From contig JANQLR010000329.1 of assembly GCA_028280525.1 (NCBI GenBank), forward strand, positions 1-61,539: DNA of 61,539 bases, written 5' to 3'. Within the stretch, counting starts at the first letter, position 1. Each line of letters opens with the position of its first letter. Below the pieces are notes generated by a model. The model was not told the origin of the DNA. It did no database searches and saw only the letters and a program-made list of their open reading frames with translations. Positions 46,863-56,997 of this stretch are shown piece by piece. The position numbers and the translations under genes are program-made. This stretch comes from Longimicrobiales bacterium (GTDB lineage Bacteria; Gemmatimonadota; Gemmatimonadetes; Longimicrobiales; Gaopeijiaceae).

Positions 46863-47897
46863 ATGCCCATCGCAACGCCCGCCCAGTTCGCCCAGATGCT
46901 CGACTCCGCCCAGGAGGGGGGGTACGCCTATCCCGCGATCAACTGCACCTCCATCGTCACGTTGAACGCTGCGATGAAGGGGTTCGCGGAGGCGAAGTCG
47001 GACGGCATCGTTCAGTTCTCGACGGGTGCCGGCTCCTTCGCCTCCGGGCTCGCCAACGGCGACTCGGCCTACGGCGTCATCGTTCTGGCCGAGGCGGCGC
47101 ACCGGCTCGCGGAGCAGTACGACGTGCTCATCGCGCTGAACACCGATCACTGCCAGCCGGAGAAGGCCGAGAGCTTCCTCAAGCCGCTCATCCAGGCGAC
47201 GGCGGAGCGCCGCGCGCGCGGAGAGAACAACCTCTTCGTGAACCACATGCTCGACGCCTCGATCCTCCCCCTTGCCGAGAACGTCGCCCTCTCCCGCGAG
47301 TACCTGGCGCTCTGCGCCGAGAACGAGATCGTTCTCGAGGTCGAGGCCGGGGTGGTCGGCGGTGAGGAGGACGGCGCGGCCGGCACCGAGGACACCCCCG
47401 AGGAGCACCTCTACACGACGCCCGAGGACATGCTCGCCGTCTACGAGGGGCTGCACGAGATCGGCCGATTCACCTTTGCGGCGACCTTCGGGAACGTGCA
47501 CGGGCACTACAAGCCGGGCGCGGTGAAGCTGAAGCCGGAGATCCTGCGGGAGGGTCAGGCGGCCGTCATGGAGAAGCACGGCGCCGGCGCCGAGATGGAC
47601 CTCGTCTTCCACGGCGGATCCGGGTCGCTCCTGAGCGAGATCCGGGAGACGCTCGGCTACGGTGTCGTGAAGATGAACGTCGACACCGACGCCCAGTACG
47701 CCTTCACCCGCCCGATCGTCGATCAGCTCTTCTCGAACTACGACGCGGTGCTGAAGGTCGACGGCGAGATCGGCAACAAGAAGCTCTACGACCCACGGTC
47801 CTACCTGAAGAAGGCGGAGCAGTCGATGGGCGAGCGGGTGTCGGTGGCGTGCGCCGATCTGCTGAGCGAGGGGAAGAGCCTCTTCGGGCAGGTGTAA
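46863..47897 (+). CDS. fbaA: Class II fructose-bisphosphate aldolase
   Basis: YAYPAIN, TDHC, HMLDAS, EVEAGVVGGEEDG, FGNVHG.YKPG, VFHGGSG, KMNVDTD, YDPRSY. Confidence 0.95.
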   Translation: MPIATPAQFAQMLDSAQEGGYAYPAINCTSIVTLNAAMKGFAEAKSDGIVQFSTGAGSFASGLANGDSAYGVIVLAEAAHRLAEQYDVLIALNTDHCQPEKAESFLKPLIQATAERRARGENNLFVNHMLDASILPLAENVALSREYLALCAENEIVLEVEAGVVGGEEDGAAGTEDTPEEHLYTTPEDMLAVYEGLHEIGRFTFAATFGNVHGHYKPGAVKLKPEILREGQAAVMEKHGAGAEMDLVFHGGSGSLLSEIRETLGYGVVKMNVDTDAQYAFTRPIVDQLFSNYDAVLKVDGEIGNKKLYDPRSYLKKAEQSMGERVSVACADLLSEGKSLFGQV

Positions 47898-47937
47898 GGG
47901 CCGCCCCGGCCCAGCACGGCCTTTCCAGGGAGTCGCG

Positions 47938-50475
47938 ATGGGCCGGATCGGCGAGACCGGGCAGGACGAGAGCGAGATCGGCGAGCGCGAGCTCTCCCGG
48001 TCTCTGCTTCGCGCAACCCTCGAGGCGACGGCGGACGGGATCCTGGTCGTCGACCTCGAAGGTCGCGTGGTCCTGCACAACCGCCGGTTCCAGAAGGTGT
48101 GGCGCATCGGTGCACCGGAGGAGCCGCCGGCGGAGGGGGACGCGGTCTTCGAGTGGATGGCGTCCCGGACCACCGACCCCGCGGCCTTCCGGGAGACGCT
48201 CGAGACGCTCTCCGGGCAACCCGGCGAGATCCAGCTGCTGCGGGTCGACCTCACCGATGGTCGGGTCGTCGAGGTCTACTCCCGTCCCCAGCGTTTTCAG
48301 GAAAAGGTCGTGGGGCGGGTGTGGTCGTTTCGGGACGTCTCCGAAACGCACCATGCGAACCGGCGGCGGTGGGAGAGCGAGGCGCGGTACCGGCGGCTCT
48401 TCATGGACTCGCGCCACGCCGTCTACGTCACCGCGCCGGACGGGTCCTTCCTGGAGGCCAATCCCGCGGCGCTCGAGATGCTCCGGGTCGCGCCGGGTGA
48501 GCTGAAGACCCTGAATTCGGTGGATCTGTACGTCGATGCGGAGGAACGGCTCGCCTTCGAACGGGAGATCGGGGAGCGAGGGTCGGTGGTCGACTACCCC
48601 GTCCGCCTCAAACGGACCGACGGCTCGGAGATCGACTGCCTGCTCACGACGACGCTGCGCCGTGGGCCCGACGGGACGATCGAGGGCTACGAGGGAATCG
48701 TCCAGGACGTCACCGAACAGCTGGGGGCCGCGCGCGCTCTCGAGGATTCGGAGCAGACCTTCCGGGCGCTGATCGAGAACGCGAGCGACACCATCACGAT
48801 CCTCGACGCGACCGGCCGGATCGTCTACGAGAGCCCCTCTCTCGAACGCGTCCTGGGGTACCTGCCGGAGGACCTCGTCGGTCAGAACGTCTTCGAGTAC
48901 GTCCACCCCGAGGACCGTGCGGGGGCCGTCGGGGAGCTCGGTCGCCTCCTCGAGGGAGGCGACTACACCGTCCGTGTCGAGCTCCGCTTTCTGCACGGCA
49001 ACGGTTCCTGGCGCTGGATGGAGGTGATTGCGCGGAATCTCCTCGCGACCCCGGGGATCGAGGGCGTCGTCGTGAACGCGCGAGACATCACGGAACGGAG
49101 GGCGGCCGAGGAGCAGCTGGTTCACGACGCCTTCCACGATCGATTGACCGGGCTTCCGAACCGCGCCCTCCTCCTCGACCGGGTTCAGAAGCTCGTTCGA
49201 GGCGCAGAGCGGGCGAACGACCGTCCCTTCTCGATCCTCTTCCTGGACCTCGACCGGTTCAAGGTCGTGAACGACTCGCTCGGTCACATGGTGGGCGACC
49301 AGCTCCTGGTGGCGGTAGCTCAGCGGCTCCAGCGCTGCCTGCGTCCGGGGGACACCGTCGCCCGGCTCGGCGGGGACGAGTTCACGATGCTCCTGGAGGG
49401 CGCGGACACCGAGATCGCGACGCGGGTCGCGGACCGGATTCGCACCGAACTCCACGAGTCCTTCATCCTCGGGAAGCACGAGATCTACGCGACGGTCAGC
49501 ATCGGCATCGCCTGCAGCTCGACCGGGTACGGTTCCGCGATCGAGATGCTGCGAGACGCCGACCTCGCCATGTACCGGGCCAAGGACACCGGACGGGCAC
49601 GGTACGAACTCTTCGATGCCACGATGCGCGACGAGGCAGTCGAGCGCCTCTCCCTCGAGACCGACCTCCGCAACGCGATCGAACGGCACGAGTTCGAGGT
49701 CCACTATCAGCCGATCGTCGCGCTCGACACCGAGGAGCTCGTGGGGTTCGAGGCGCTGCTTCGCTGGGCCCACCCGGAGCGAGGACGGGTGCTCCCCGGG
49801 GAGTTCCTCCCCCTCGCGGACGACACCGGGCTGATCGTGCCGATCGGGTGGTGGGTGCTGTCTCGCGTCTGTCGGACGCTTGCCGACTGGTCGGCGGATC
49901 CGGCGCTCTCCCCGGTCCCCGTCCAGGTCAACGTTGCCGCCCAGCAGCTGGGCCGGGACGAACTCGTCCGCCGCGTCCGAGGCGCCCTCGAGGCGTTCGG
50001 CTGCACCCCCGAGCTGCTGCACCTGGAGCTCACGGAGGGGACGATGATGGAGAAGGCCGAGTCGACGGTGCAGACGCTCGAGGCGCTGAAGGCGATCGGC
50101 GTGGGGCTGTCGATCGACGACTTCGGTACCGGCTACTCCTCGCTGAGCTACCTGCACCGCTTCCCGACCGACTCGGTGAAGATCGACCGCTCCTTCGTCA
50201 GCCGGATCGGCCGCGAGGGCGAGGACGCCGGCATCGTCCGGACGATCATCGACCTCGCCCACGACCTCGGGATGCGCACCGTCGCCGAGGGGATCGAGAC
50301 CACGCAGCAGGCGGAGACGCTCCGTACGCTCGGCTGCGAGGCGGGGCAGGGGTTCCTCTACTCCCATCCGGTGGCGGAGGAGGAGGCGCGCCGACTCCTC
50401 ACGCGTCGACCGGCGCGGGACGCGGACTCGGGCTCGCGGTCTCCCGGTTCGAGCGGGAGCGACCGGGGCCTCTAG
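47938..50475 (+). CDS. PAS-domain diguanylate cyclase/phosphodiesterase (GGDEF-EAL)
   Basis: Three PAS domains, HDRLTGLPNR, DLDRFKVVNDSLGH, RLGGDEF, GFEALLRW, IDDFGTGYSSLSYL, AEGIE. Confidence 0.94.
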   Translation: MGRIGETGQDESEIGERELSRSLLRATLEATADGILVVDLEGRVVLHNRRFQKVWRIGAPEEPPAEGDAVFEWMASRTTDPAAFRETLETLSGQPGEIQLLRVDLTDGRVVEVYSRPQRFQEKVVGRVWSFRDVSETHHANRRRWESEARYRRLFMDSRHAVYVTAPDGSFLEANPAALEMLRVAPGELKTLNSVDLYVDAEERLAFEREIGERGSVVDYPVRLKRTDGSEIDCLLTTTLRRGPDGTIEGYEGIVQDVTEQLGAARALEDSEQTFRALIENASDTITILDATGRIVYESPSLERVLGYLPEDLVGQNVFEYVHPEDRAGAVGELGRLLEGGDYTVRVELRFLHGNGSWRWMEVIARNLLATPGIEGVVVNARDITERRAAEEQLVHDAFHDRLTGLPNRALLLDRVQKLVRGAERANDRPFSILFLDLDRFKVVNDSLGHMVGDQLLVAVAQRLQRCLRPGDTVARLGGDEFTMLLEGADTEIATRVADRIRTELHESFILGKHEIYATVSIGIACSSTGYGSAIEMLRDADLAMYRAKDTGRARYELFDATMRDEAVERLSLETDLRNAIERHEFEVHYQPIVALDTEELVGFEALLRWAHPERGRVLPGEFLPLADDTGLIVPIGWWVLSRVCRTLADWSADPALSPVPVQVNVAAQQLGRDELVRRVRGALEAFGCTPELLHLELTEGTMMEKAESTVQTLEALKAIGVGLSIDDFGTGYSSLSYLHRFPTDSVKIDRSFVSRIGREGEDAGIVRTIIDLAHDLGMRTVAEGIETTQQAETLRTLGCEAGQGFLYSHPVAEEEARRLLTRRPARDADSGSRSPGSSGSDRGL

Positions 50476-51698
50476 CCCTCGATCCGGACGGGGAGCGACT
50501 CCAGCGACCGGAAGAGGTAGTTCTTCGACCAGACCGGCGGGCCGGAGATCCGCATGCGGGGGAGGATCCCGAGCAGCGTCGTGAGCGCGGCCCTCGCCTC
50601 CCGACGCGCCAGGCTCGAGCCGTAGCAGTTGTGAGGCCCGCCCCCGAAGCCGAGGTGTGCGTTCGGCGTGCGCTCCGGATTGAAGAGCTGGGGAGCCGGA
50701 AAGACCGCCGGGTCGCGGTTCGCCGACCCCATCACCAACGCGACGGACTCCCCCCGCGCCACGCGAACCCCATCGACCTCGACCGGCTCGTGCGCGGTGC
50801 GAAAGGTCATCTGGATGGGGCTGTCGAAGCGGAGCATCTCCTCGACCGCGCGGGGAATGAGCGCAGGTCGCTCCAGGAGCGAGGTGACCACGTCCGGGCG
50901 CTCCAGGAGGGCGAGGAACCCGTTCCCGAGGAGTCCGACGGTGGTCTCGTGCCCGGCCGCGAGAAGGAGGACGGCGTTCGCGAGGATCTCGTCCTCCGTG
51001 AGGCGGCTTTCGCCCTCGGGCATGTTCACGAGCCGGCTGAGCAGGTCCGGACCGGGGTACCGCTTCCGGTAGCCGAGCAGGTCACGCAGGTACTCCACGA
51101 CCTCGGCGGTCGCGCGTGCGGCTTCCACGAGCGTCGCCTCGTCCTCGTGCAGGTCGGTGAGCGCGATGATCGAGGTCGCCCAACGCTTGATCCGGAGTCG
51201 ATGCGAGTCCGGGATGCCCAGCGCCTGGGCCATCACGAGGACGGGGAGCGGAACGCAGAGGTCCGTCATGAGATCGCCCCCGCTCCGGGCCTCCAGCTCC
51301 TCGATCAGCGATGCGGTGAGCTCCTCGCTCCGCGCCGACACCCGGTGCGAGATCTCCTTGTTCCACGCGAGCTCCAGTGCCCTGCGCATCCGGGTGTGCC
51401 GCGGCGGATCCGCGAAGAGCACCATCCTGCGGACCACGCGACGAATCACCGTCGAGGCGCTGGGCACCCGGGCGGAGCGGTCGGCCACCCCGGTGCGGTC
51501 GCGGCCGAAGCGATCGTCCTGAAGCACGGAGCTGACGTCGCGGTACCGGAAGAGGTACCAGCACGTCGGCATGGAGGGCATGGGAGGGCGCCCCCGGTGG
51601 ATGGGATCCACGCCTCGGAAGAGGTCGTAGATCGGGTACGGGTCCCTCTGGAAGCTCGACGAGAAGGGGTCGAACCGCTGCGGGGGCGCGTCACTCAC
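50472..51698 (-). CDS. Cytochrome P450
   Basis: DPPRHTRMR, I-helix AAGHETT, EMLR (ExxR), SANRDP, HLGFGGGPHNCYG heme Cys. Confidence 0.93.
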   Translation of the reverse strand: MSDAPPQRFDPFSSSFQRDPYPIYDLFRGVDPIHRGRPPMPSMPTCWYLFRYRDVSSVLQDDRFGRDRTGVADRSARVPSASTVIRRVVRRMVLFADPPRHTRMRRALELAWNKEISHRVSARSEELTASLIEELEARSGGDLMTDLCVPLPVLVMAQALGIPDSHRLRIKRWATSIIALTDLHEDEATLVEAARATAEVVEYLRDLLGYRKRYPGPDLLSRLVNMPEGESRLTEDEILANAVLLLAAGHETTVGLLGNGFLALLERPDVVTSLLERPALIPRAVEEMLRFDSPIQMTFRTAHEPVEVDGVRVARGESVALVMGSANRDPAVFPAPQLFNPERTPNAHLGFGGGPHNCYGSSLARREARAALTTLLGILPRMRISGPPVWSKNYLFRSLESLPVRIEG

Positions 51699-52842
51699 CC
51701 CCCGGGAACCCCTCGACCGGCATGTGGGGGATGATGCGCAGCGCGTTCTCGTAGTAGATCGCGCGGAGTTCAGGGTCCTCCAGCCCCATCCCGTACAGCT
51801 TCCAGAAGGCGTGGTAGTCCCGGTAGTAGTCGAAGTACTCGTCCTCGGTCTCGAAGACGCGCCAGTAGTAGGGGTACTCGTCCGGCTGGAAGGAGTCCTT
51901 CCCGAAGAGGATCCGGTCCCTCCACCGCTCGAAGAAGGCCTTGGCGAAGCGGGGCTGCCGACCGAGGTCGTAGAGGACGGCTCCGAGCTCGCCGTAGACG
52001 TTCGGGAAGCGCTCGAAGAGCTCTCCGAGCCGGCCGAGGTCCTGCGTGTACCAGCTCATGTGCGCGAGCACCCACGTCGTGTTCGGGTGCTTCGCGATCA
52101 GCCGGTCCCGCTCCGCCATGAGGTCGTCGAAGGAGGGGTAGCGGGTGCGGTCGTTGAACCGTCGGCGGGGGAAGATGGCGAGTTCGAGCCACCGCTCGTT
52201 CGTGTAGTCGAGCGGCTCGAAGAACTCGGCCGGATCGCCGGTGTGCAGGAAGACCGGCACCCCCAGTCGCCCGGCCGTCTCCCACACGATGTCGAGTTCG
52301 GGTTCGTCGAGTTCGAGCCGGGTCCCGTCGGCCTTCGTGTACCCGAGGCCGAACCCCTTGTTGATCTCGCCGATCCCGACCGCTCCCGCCGCCACGTCGG
52401 CTTCGAGCTGCGCCGCGATTCGCGCCCCGGATCCGGGCCCGACGTTTCGCAGATCGAGCGTCGTGAAGAAGACGAAGCGGTCCTCCACCCCCGCCGCCCG
52501 CACCGCCTCGATCTGCCCCCGCAGTCGCTCTCCCGACGACCCGCGCGCCTGCACCATCACCTGGATGTTCAGCCGGTCCATCGCGGCGACGACCTGCGCG
52601 ATCGTCTCGGGATCGGCGAGGGTCGGCGGGTGGCCGTGGAAGTCGACGACCGGGAACTTGGCCCGCTCCACGAAGTTCTCCGGGACGACGAGGGTCGACT
52701 CCGGCTCGTACTCGGTGATCGAGGGCGGAGGCAGCTGCGGCTGAGGCCTCGGCCGCTGCGCCAGGGCCCGCGAGGGGGCCGCCAGGAGGGCGAGGGCGGA
52801 GAGCAGGAGGAGCGCAGCGATCGAGGGGGGACGCATCGTCAT
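51691..52842 (-). CDS. Secreted amidohydrolase (Amidohydro_2 family)
   Basis: Signal peptide, VVDFHGH, PVFLHTGDP, LAHMSW, RILFGKD, IYYENALR. Confidence 0.85.
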   Translation of the reverse strand: MTMRPPSIAALLLLSALALLAAPSRALAQRPRPQPQLPPPSITEYEPESTLVVPENFVERAKFPVVDFHGHPPTLADPETIAQVVAAMDRLNIQVMVQARGSSGERLRGQIEAVRAAGVEDRFVFFTTLDLRNVGPGSGARIAAQLEADVAAGAVGIGEINKGFGLGYTKADGTRLELDEPELDIVWETAGRLGVPVFLHTGDPAEFFEPLDYTNERWLELAIFPRRRFNDRTRYPSFDDLMAERDRLIAKHPNTTWVLAHMSWYTQDLGRLGELFERFPNVYGELGAVLYDLGRQPRFAKAFFERWRDRILFGKDSFQPDEYPYYWRVFETEDEYFDYYRDYHAFWKLYGMGLEDPELRAIYYENALRIIPHMPVEGFPGGE

Positions 52843-52852
52843 CGTCTCGGGT

Positions 52853-53452
52853 TCAGCCGTTCGTAGGGGGTGGAGGGGGTGCCGTTCCAGCATCGGGCTC
52901 CGCGGCCAGATCCGCGAGTGCGCGTTCGAGCCCCGCAACCTTCTCGTCGGAGGCGCGCCCGTACGAGCGCCACCGCACCCGCCCCTCCGCGTCGACCAGG
53001 AGGACGGCGATCCGCTCGGGGCCCGGGATCCGCAGCGCGGCGAGAAAGGCGGAGCGATCGAGGTAGAGGGTCACCGTCCGCTCTCGCGCCGACCGGTCCG
53101 GGATGCCGCTGCGCATCCCCCCGTCGATGAACCACCGCATGAGGCGCCACGCCGACTGGAGCGTCGGGAACTCCCACCAGGTGAGGTCGTCGCGGCCATC
53201 GGCGATCCGGGTGGCGGTCGGGAACCACGTCTCCACATCGCGCTGCTGCCGCTGCTCGAAGGCCAGGAGGATCAGTCGAAGCCGACCGGGCAGCTCTTCG
53301 GGGATCCGGTAGGCGCGCCCCTCCAGGTTCTCCCCCGCGACGGTGGGGAAGGGGAGCGACTCGAGGGGACTCTGCGCGGCTGTCACGGACGGGGCTCCGA
53401 GGAGCGCGAGCGCTGCAGAGAGGAGGATGGGACGACGCAAACCATGGCTCAC
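52853..53452 (-). CDS. ATP10-like / thioredoxin-fold hypothetical protein
   Basis: FPTVAGENLEG..YRIPEELPG..LILLAFEQRQQRDVETW, FIDGGMRSGIP, LLVDAEGRVRW. Signal-like N-terminus. Confidence 0.7.
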   Translation of the reverse strand: MSHGLRRPILLSAALALLGAPSVTAAQSPLESLPFPTVAGENLEGRAYRIPEELPGRLRLILLAFEQRQQRDVETWFPTATRIADGRDDLTWWEFPTLQSAWRLMRWFIDGGMRSGIPDRSARERTVTLYLDRSAFLAALRIPGPERIAVLLVDAEGRVRWRSYGRASDEKVAGLERALADLAAEPDAGTAPPPPPTNG

Positions 53453-53556
53453 CGATCGAGGCGCGGGGAAAGCGGGCCCCCGGGCATGCCGTATCCCCCA
53501 TCGACCCGCGACACGTTCCGTCGCGGGGCACCCCGCCTCCGCCACCGGAGCCGCCC

Positions 53557-54132
53557 ATGGCCCGTTTCTGGTCCGCGCCCATGTTCCTCCGCCCCGGAGC
53601 CGCGGGCTTCCTCCTCCTCGTTGGCGCACTGCTGCCCGCGCCGCTCCACGCCCAGGCGACCCCGAGCGCCTCCGCGCCGAACCCCGCCGAGCGATGCCAG
53701 CTCCCCGGCGCCCGCCAGTTCGACTTCTGGATCGGGACGTGGGACGTCCACACGGCGCAGGGGCCGGCCGGCGAGAACACGATCGAGCCGATCCTCGGCG
53801 GCTGCGCCCTGCTGGAGAGCTGGACGAGCCTCGGCGGCGGCGACGGGAAGAGCTTCAACTGGATCGACCGGAACAGCGCGGCCGAGCCCCGGTGGCGTCA
53901 GCTCTGGATCGATGCGCAGGGGAACACGATCGACTACTACGACGGCCGCTTCGAATCGGGGGAGATGCGCTTCCGGGGCCACACCTTCACCCCGGCCGGG
54001 GACTCGATCCCGCAGCGGTTGACCTTCATCCCCGTCTCCCCGGACACCGTGAGGCAGATCATGGAGCAGTCGACGGACGGCGGGGAGAGCTGGCAGATCA
54101 CCTGGGACGGGACGTACGTGCGGCGGCGGTGA
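53557..54132 (+). CDS. Secreted hypothetical beta-barrel protein (DUF1579-like)
   Basis: C....RQFDFWIGTWDV, GCALLESW, WRQLWID, EQSTDGGESW...WDGTYVR. Confidence 0.75.
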   Translation: MARFWSAPMFLRPGAAGFLLLVGALLPAPLHAQATPSASAPNPAERCQLPGARQFDFWIGTWDVHTAQGPAGENTIEPILGGCALLESWTSLGGGDGKSFNWIDRNSAAEPRWRQLWIDAQGNTIDYYDGRFESGEMRFRGHTFTPAGDSIPQRLTFIPVSPDTVRQIMEQSTDGGESWQITWDGTYVRRR

Positions 54133-54173
54133 CGAGCGTCGGCGGGTGGCAAGCTACGGGGACGGAGCGTCCC

Positions 54174-54209
54174 GCGTACGTACGAAGGCCGGCCAGGCGT
54201 ACGTACGAA
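54174..54209. terminator. Palindromic direct/inverted repeat between convergent genes
   Basis: GCGTACGTACGAA at 54174 and 54197. The core CGTACGTACG is self-complementary, so the pair can fold as a hairpin. Confidence 0.5.
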
Positions 54210-54213
54210 CCGC

Positions 54214-55491
54214 CTACGCCGACGCCGTGACCTCCCGGGCCGCCGCCTCTGCGGTGGCGATCACCTCGGACTCGTCGGCCACCTCGAGCCGACGGTCGTG
54301 CATGAGCACCCGCCCGGCCCGGATCGTGGTGCGCACGCAGCTGCCGTTCGCGGCGTAGACCAGGTCGGAGCAGAGGTCGTGGCCCGGCGTCGTGGTGGGG
54401 CCGGACAGGTCGACGAGGATCAGGTCCGCGGGCTCCCCGATCTCGACCCGGCCCGAGCCCTGCCCGAAGCCGCGGGCCGGCACCTCGGTCACCAGCCGCC
54501 ACGCCTCGCGCGCCGGCAGGACGGTCGCGTCGGCCGCCCGGTGCTTCTGCAGGAGCGAGGCGAACTTCAACTCCTCGAAGAGGTCGTGGCTGTTGTTGCT
54601 CGCCACTCCGTCGGTCCCGAGCACCACCCGTACTCCGGCGGAGACCGCCGAGGGGTAATCCAGGATCGCGCCGGTTGCGAGCTTGAGATTCGCGCACGGG
54701 TTGTGAACCAGGGTGACGCCGCGTTCGGCCAGGAGGTCGAACTCGGCGCGGTCGAGGTGGTTGCCGTGGGCGACGGTGACGTCGGGACCGAGGAGCCCGA
54801 CGCGGTCGAGCCACTCGGCCGGGCGGCAGTCGTTCCGTCGAAGGCAGTCCTCCACCTCCCGTGCAGTCTCGGAGAGGTGGATGTGCAGCCGGACGCCCTC
54901 GCGACGGGCGCGCTCCGCGGCCCACCGGAGGTTCCATTCGGAGACGGTGTAGATCGCGTGGGGCGCGACGGTCACCTCGATCCCCTCCGCGAAGTCCGCA
55001 CGGCGCTCCAGGTCCGCCTCGACCGAGCTCCGCCATCGGGACCCGACCGCCTCGTCGCCCTGGTCGAAGAGGGCGGAGCCGAGGTGCGCGGCCACCCCCA
55101 TCTCGGCGGCGGCCTCGGCGATCGCGCCGAGGTGCCAGTACATGTCGTTGAAGAAGACCGTCCCACTCCGGATCATCTCCACCATCGACAGCCGTGCCCC
55201 GGCGCGGACGTGCTCGGGGGTCAGCCGTGCCTCCGCGGGCCAGATGCGGGTCTCGAGCCACTCCATGAGGGGCATGTCGTCTCCCCAGCCTCGGAAGAGC
55301 GACATCGCAACGTGGGTGTGGCCGTTGCGGAGGGCGGGGAGGAGGTGGAGGCCGGCGCCGTCGATGACCCTCGCCGCCTCTCCCCCGTCGGCGAGGTGGG
55401 GCCGGATCGCGGTGACCCGGCCCCCGGCGATCTCCACGTCGGTCGGGGCGCCGTCCAGGAGCGCGCCCCGGATGAGCAGCGCCGAACTCAC
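54214..55491 (-). CDS. MTA/SAH-deaminase-like amidohydrolase
   Basis: NGHTHVAMSLFRG.GDD.PLMEWL, APHAIY, HIHLSET, AHG, HNP.ANLKLA, LGTDG.ASNN. Confidence 0.88.
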   Translation of the reverse strand: MSSALLIRGALLDGAPTDVEIAGGRVTAIRPHLADGGEAARVIDGAGLHLLPALRNGHTHVAMSLFRGWGDDMPLMEWLETRIWPAEARLTPEHVRAGARLSMVEMIRSGTVFFNDMYWHLGAIAEAAAEMGVAAHLGSALFDQGDEAVGSRWRSSVEADLERRADFAEGIEVTVAPHAIYTVSEWNLRWAAERARREGVRLHIHLSETAREVEDCLRRNDCRPAEWLDRVGLLGPDVTVAHGNHLDRAEFDLLAERGVTLVHNPCANLKLATGAILDYPSAVSAGVRVVLGTDGVASNNSHDLFEELKFASLLQKHRAADATVLPAREAWRLVTEVPARGFGQGSGRVEIGEPADLILVDLSGPTTTPGHDLCSDLVYAANGSCVRTTIRAGRVLMHDRRLEVADESEVIATAEAAAREVTASA

Positions 55492-56693
55492 CCCGCGGTG
55501 AAGGGCACGTAGTAGACGGTCTCCGCCCAGCGCAGCTCGATGCGTCCGCCGTCGCCGTCGGGGACGACGCGGATGTCGAAGACCTCGACGTTCTCGTCGA
55601 GCGCCTCGCGGCGCAGGTCGAGGCGGGCCTCATCCATCGACTCGTCGTAGCGCGTGCCGGTCTGGCCGGTGGCCCGGTTCACGATCAGCGTGCCGCCCTC
55701 CGCCTCCGGGATCGAGTAGAGGGTGTAGTCTCCCGCGGGGATCGTCCTGCCGTCGACCACGATGTCGCCGTCGAAGGAGAGGTGCGTCGCGCGGTTGGCT
55801 CCGGTGCGCCACCTCTCCCCGTAGGCGACGAGACGTCCGAAGATCTCCCGCCCCCGCCGGCGCGGCGTTCCGAAGTCTCCGGTGAAGCGCACGCCCGCGA
55901 CCTCCGTGTCGACCTCGCCGCGCCCGCTCAGCTCGCCCAGCGGGCGGTCCGCGAAGGCGGCGCGGAAGTCGTCGGGGTCGATCGCGTCGAAGGCGACTCG
56001 CCGGAGGTCGTAGGCGCGGGTGGATCCGGTCCCATCCAACTCGGTGATCCGGCCGCCGTCGTCCATGCGGAAGGTCGACGGCCCCCGGCTCGGGTGGACC
56101 AGTCGCCAGAGACCGTCGCCCGCATCCTCCACCTCGAAGACGCGTCCACCGAGGATGGTGATGCTCCGCCCCAGCGTCCCGGCGGCTGCCTGTCGGCGCA
56201 GCGCCAGCTCGAAGGGCCAGTGCAGGAAGTCGACGAAGGGCACCTCGCCCGGAGCCGCCTCGAAGGGGCGGGTGGAGGTCTCCTCGCCGCGTGTCATCAT
56301 GAGCTGCAGCGTCCCGTCCTCCGCAATCTCGAGGACGTCCGAACGGAGGGGCTCGGCGTTGCCCGGCGTCGCGGCGAAGGTGGCCGCCTCCCACCCCGTG
56401 ATGGTGCCGTCCTCCGCCAGGTCGAGCTCGAATTCGTGCCACGTCGTCCGCGAACCGCGGATCAGCGCCTGGGCGGACACACCGTCCTCGCGGAACTCCA
56501 TCCACTCGGCGACGAGGGTGTCCTCACCGAGGAGCGTGAGGAAGGCGGCGCGGTTGGGGTCCATCGCCTCGGCCTCGGGGGCCGCGTTCGCGGCGGCCTC
56601 CGGCTCCGCCTGGCAGGCCGCGACCACGAGCAGGGCGGGCAGCAGGAGTGCGGGAGGTCGGCGAAGGGATCGGGGTGCGGAGGGAGCGAACAT
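55488..56693 (-). CDS. DUF2911-domain lipoprotein
   Basis: Lipobox VVAAC, C-terminal LSGRG...PRRRGREIFGRLVAYGERWRTGANRAT...PAGDYTLYSIP. Confidence 0.8.
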   Translation of the reverse strand: MFAPSAPRSLRRPPALLLPALLVVAACQAEPEAAANAAPEAEAMDPNRAAFLTLLGEDTLVAEWMEFREDGVSAQALIRGSRTTWHEFELDLAEDGTITGWEAATFAATPGNAEPLRSDVLEIAEDGTLQLMMTRGEETSTRPFEAAPGEVPFVDFLHWPFELALRRQAAAGTLGRSITILGGRVFEVEDAGDGLWRLVHPSRGPSTFRMDDGGRITELDGTGSTRAYDLRRVAFDAIDPDDFRAAFADRPLGELSGRGEVDTEVAGVRFTGDFGTPRRRGREIFGRLVAYGERWRTGANRATHLSFDGDIVVDGRTIPAGDYTLYSIPEAEGGTLIVNRATGQTGTRYDESMDEARLDLRREALDENVEVFDIRVVPDGDGGRIELRWAETVYYVPFTAG

Positions 56694-56997
56694 CGCGGAC
56701 GGCCCTCTGAGCTGGGGTGGAGTCGAGCTTCCTGACGGGGCGACGCCCGAAGCCCGCAGAGTGTTGGTCGCGAGGATCGAGATAGGGGATCGAGTGCGCG
56801 CTCGCCAGCGATGGCGGAGAGGACGGGTGAGACGGGAGGAGGGCACCCGTGGAACGCTGGGGTGTCCCAGCGGGGTCGACGACTCCCCGGGACCGCAGTC
56901 CGCGCGAGGCGGACGGACATCCTCGTGGAGGTGCGTCGTACGGTTTTCGAAGCAGAGTCTCCGTTGCACCACGCCCCGAACGCTGCGCAGCCACGCC

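Noticed and set aside
56694-56997. Riboswitch (e.g. cobalamin or TPP) upstream of the TonB-dependent receptor
   Set aside because: The conserved cores of these families were not recognisable by eye.
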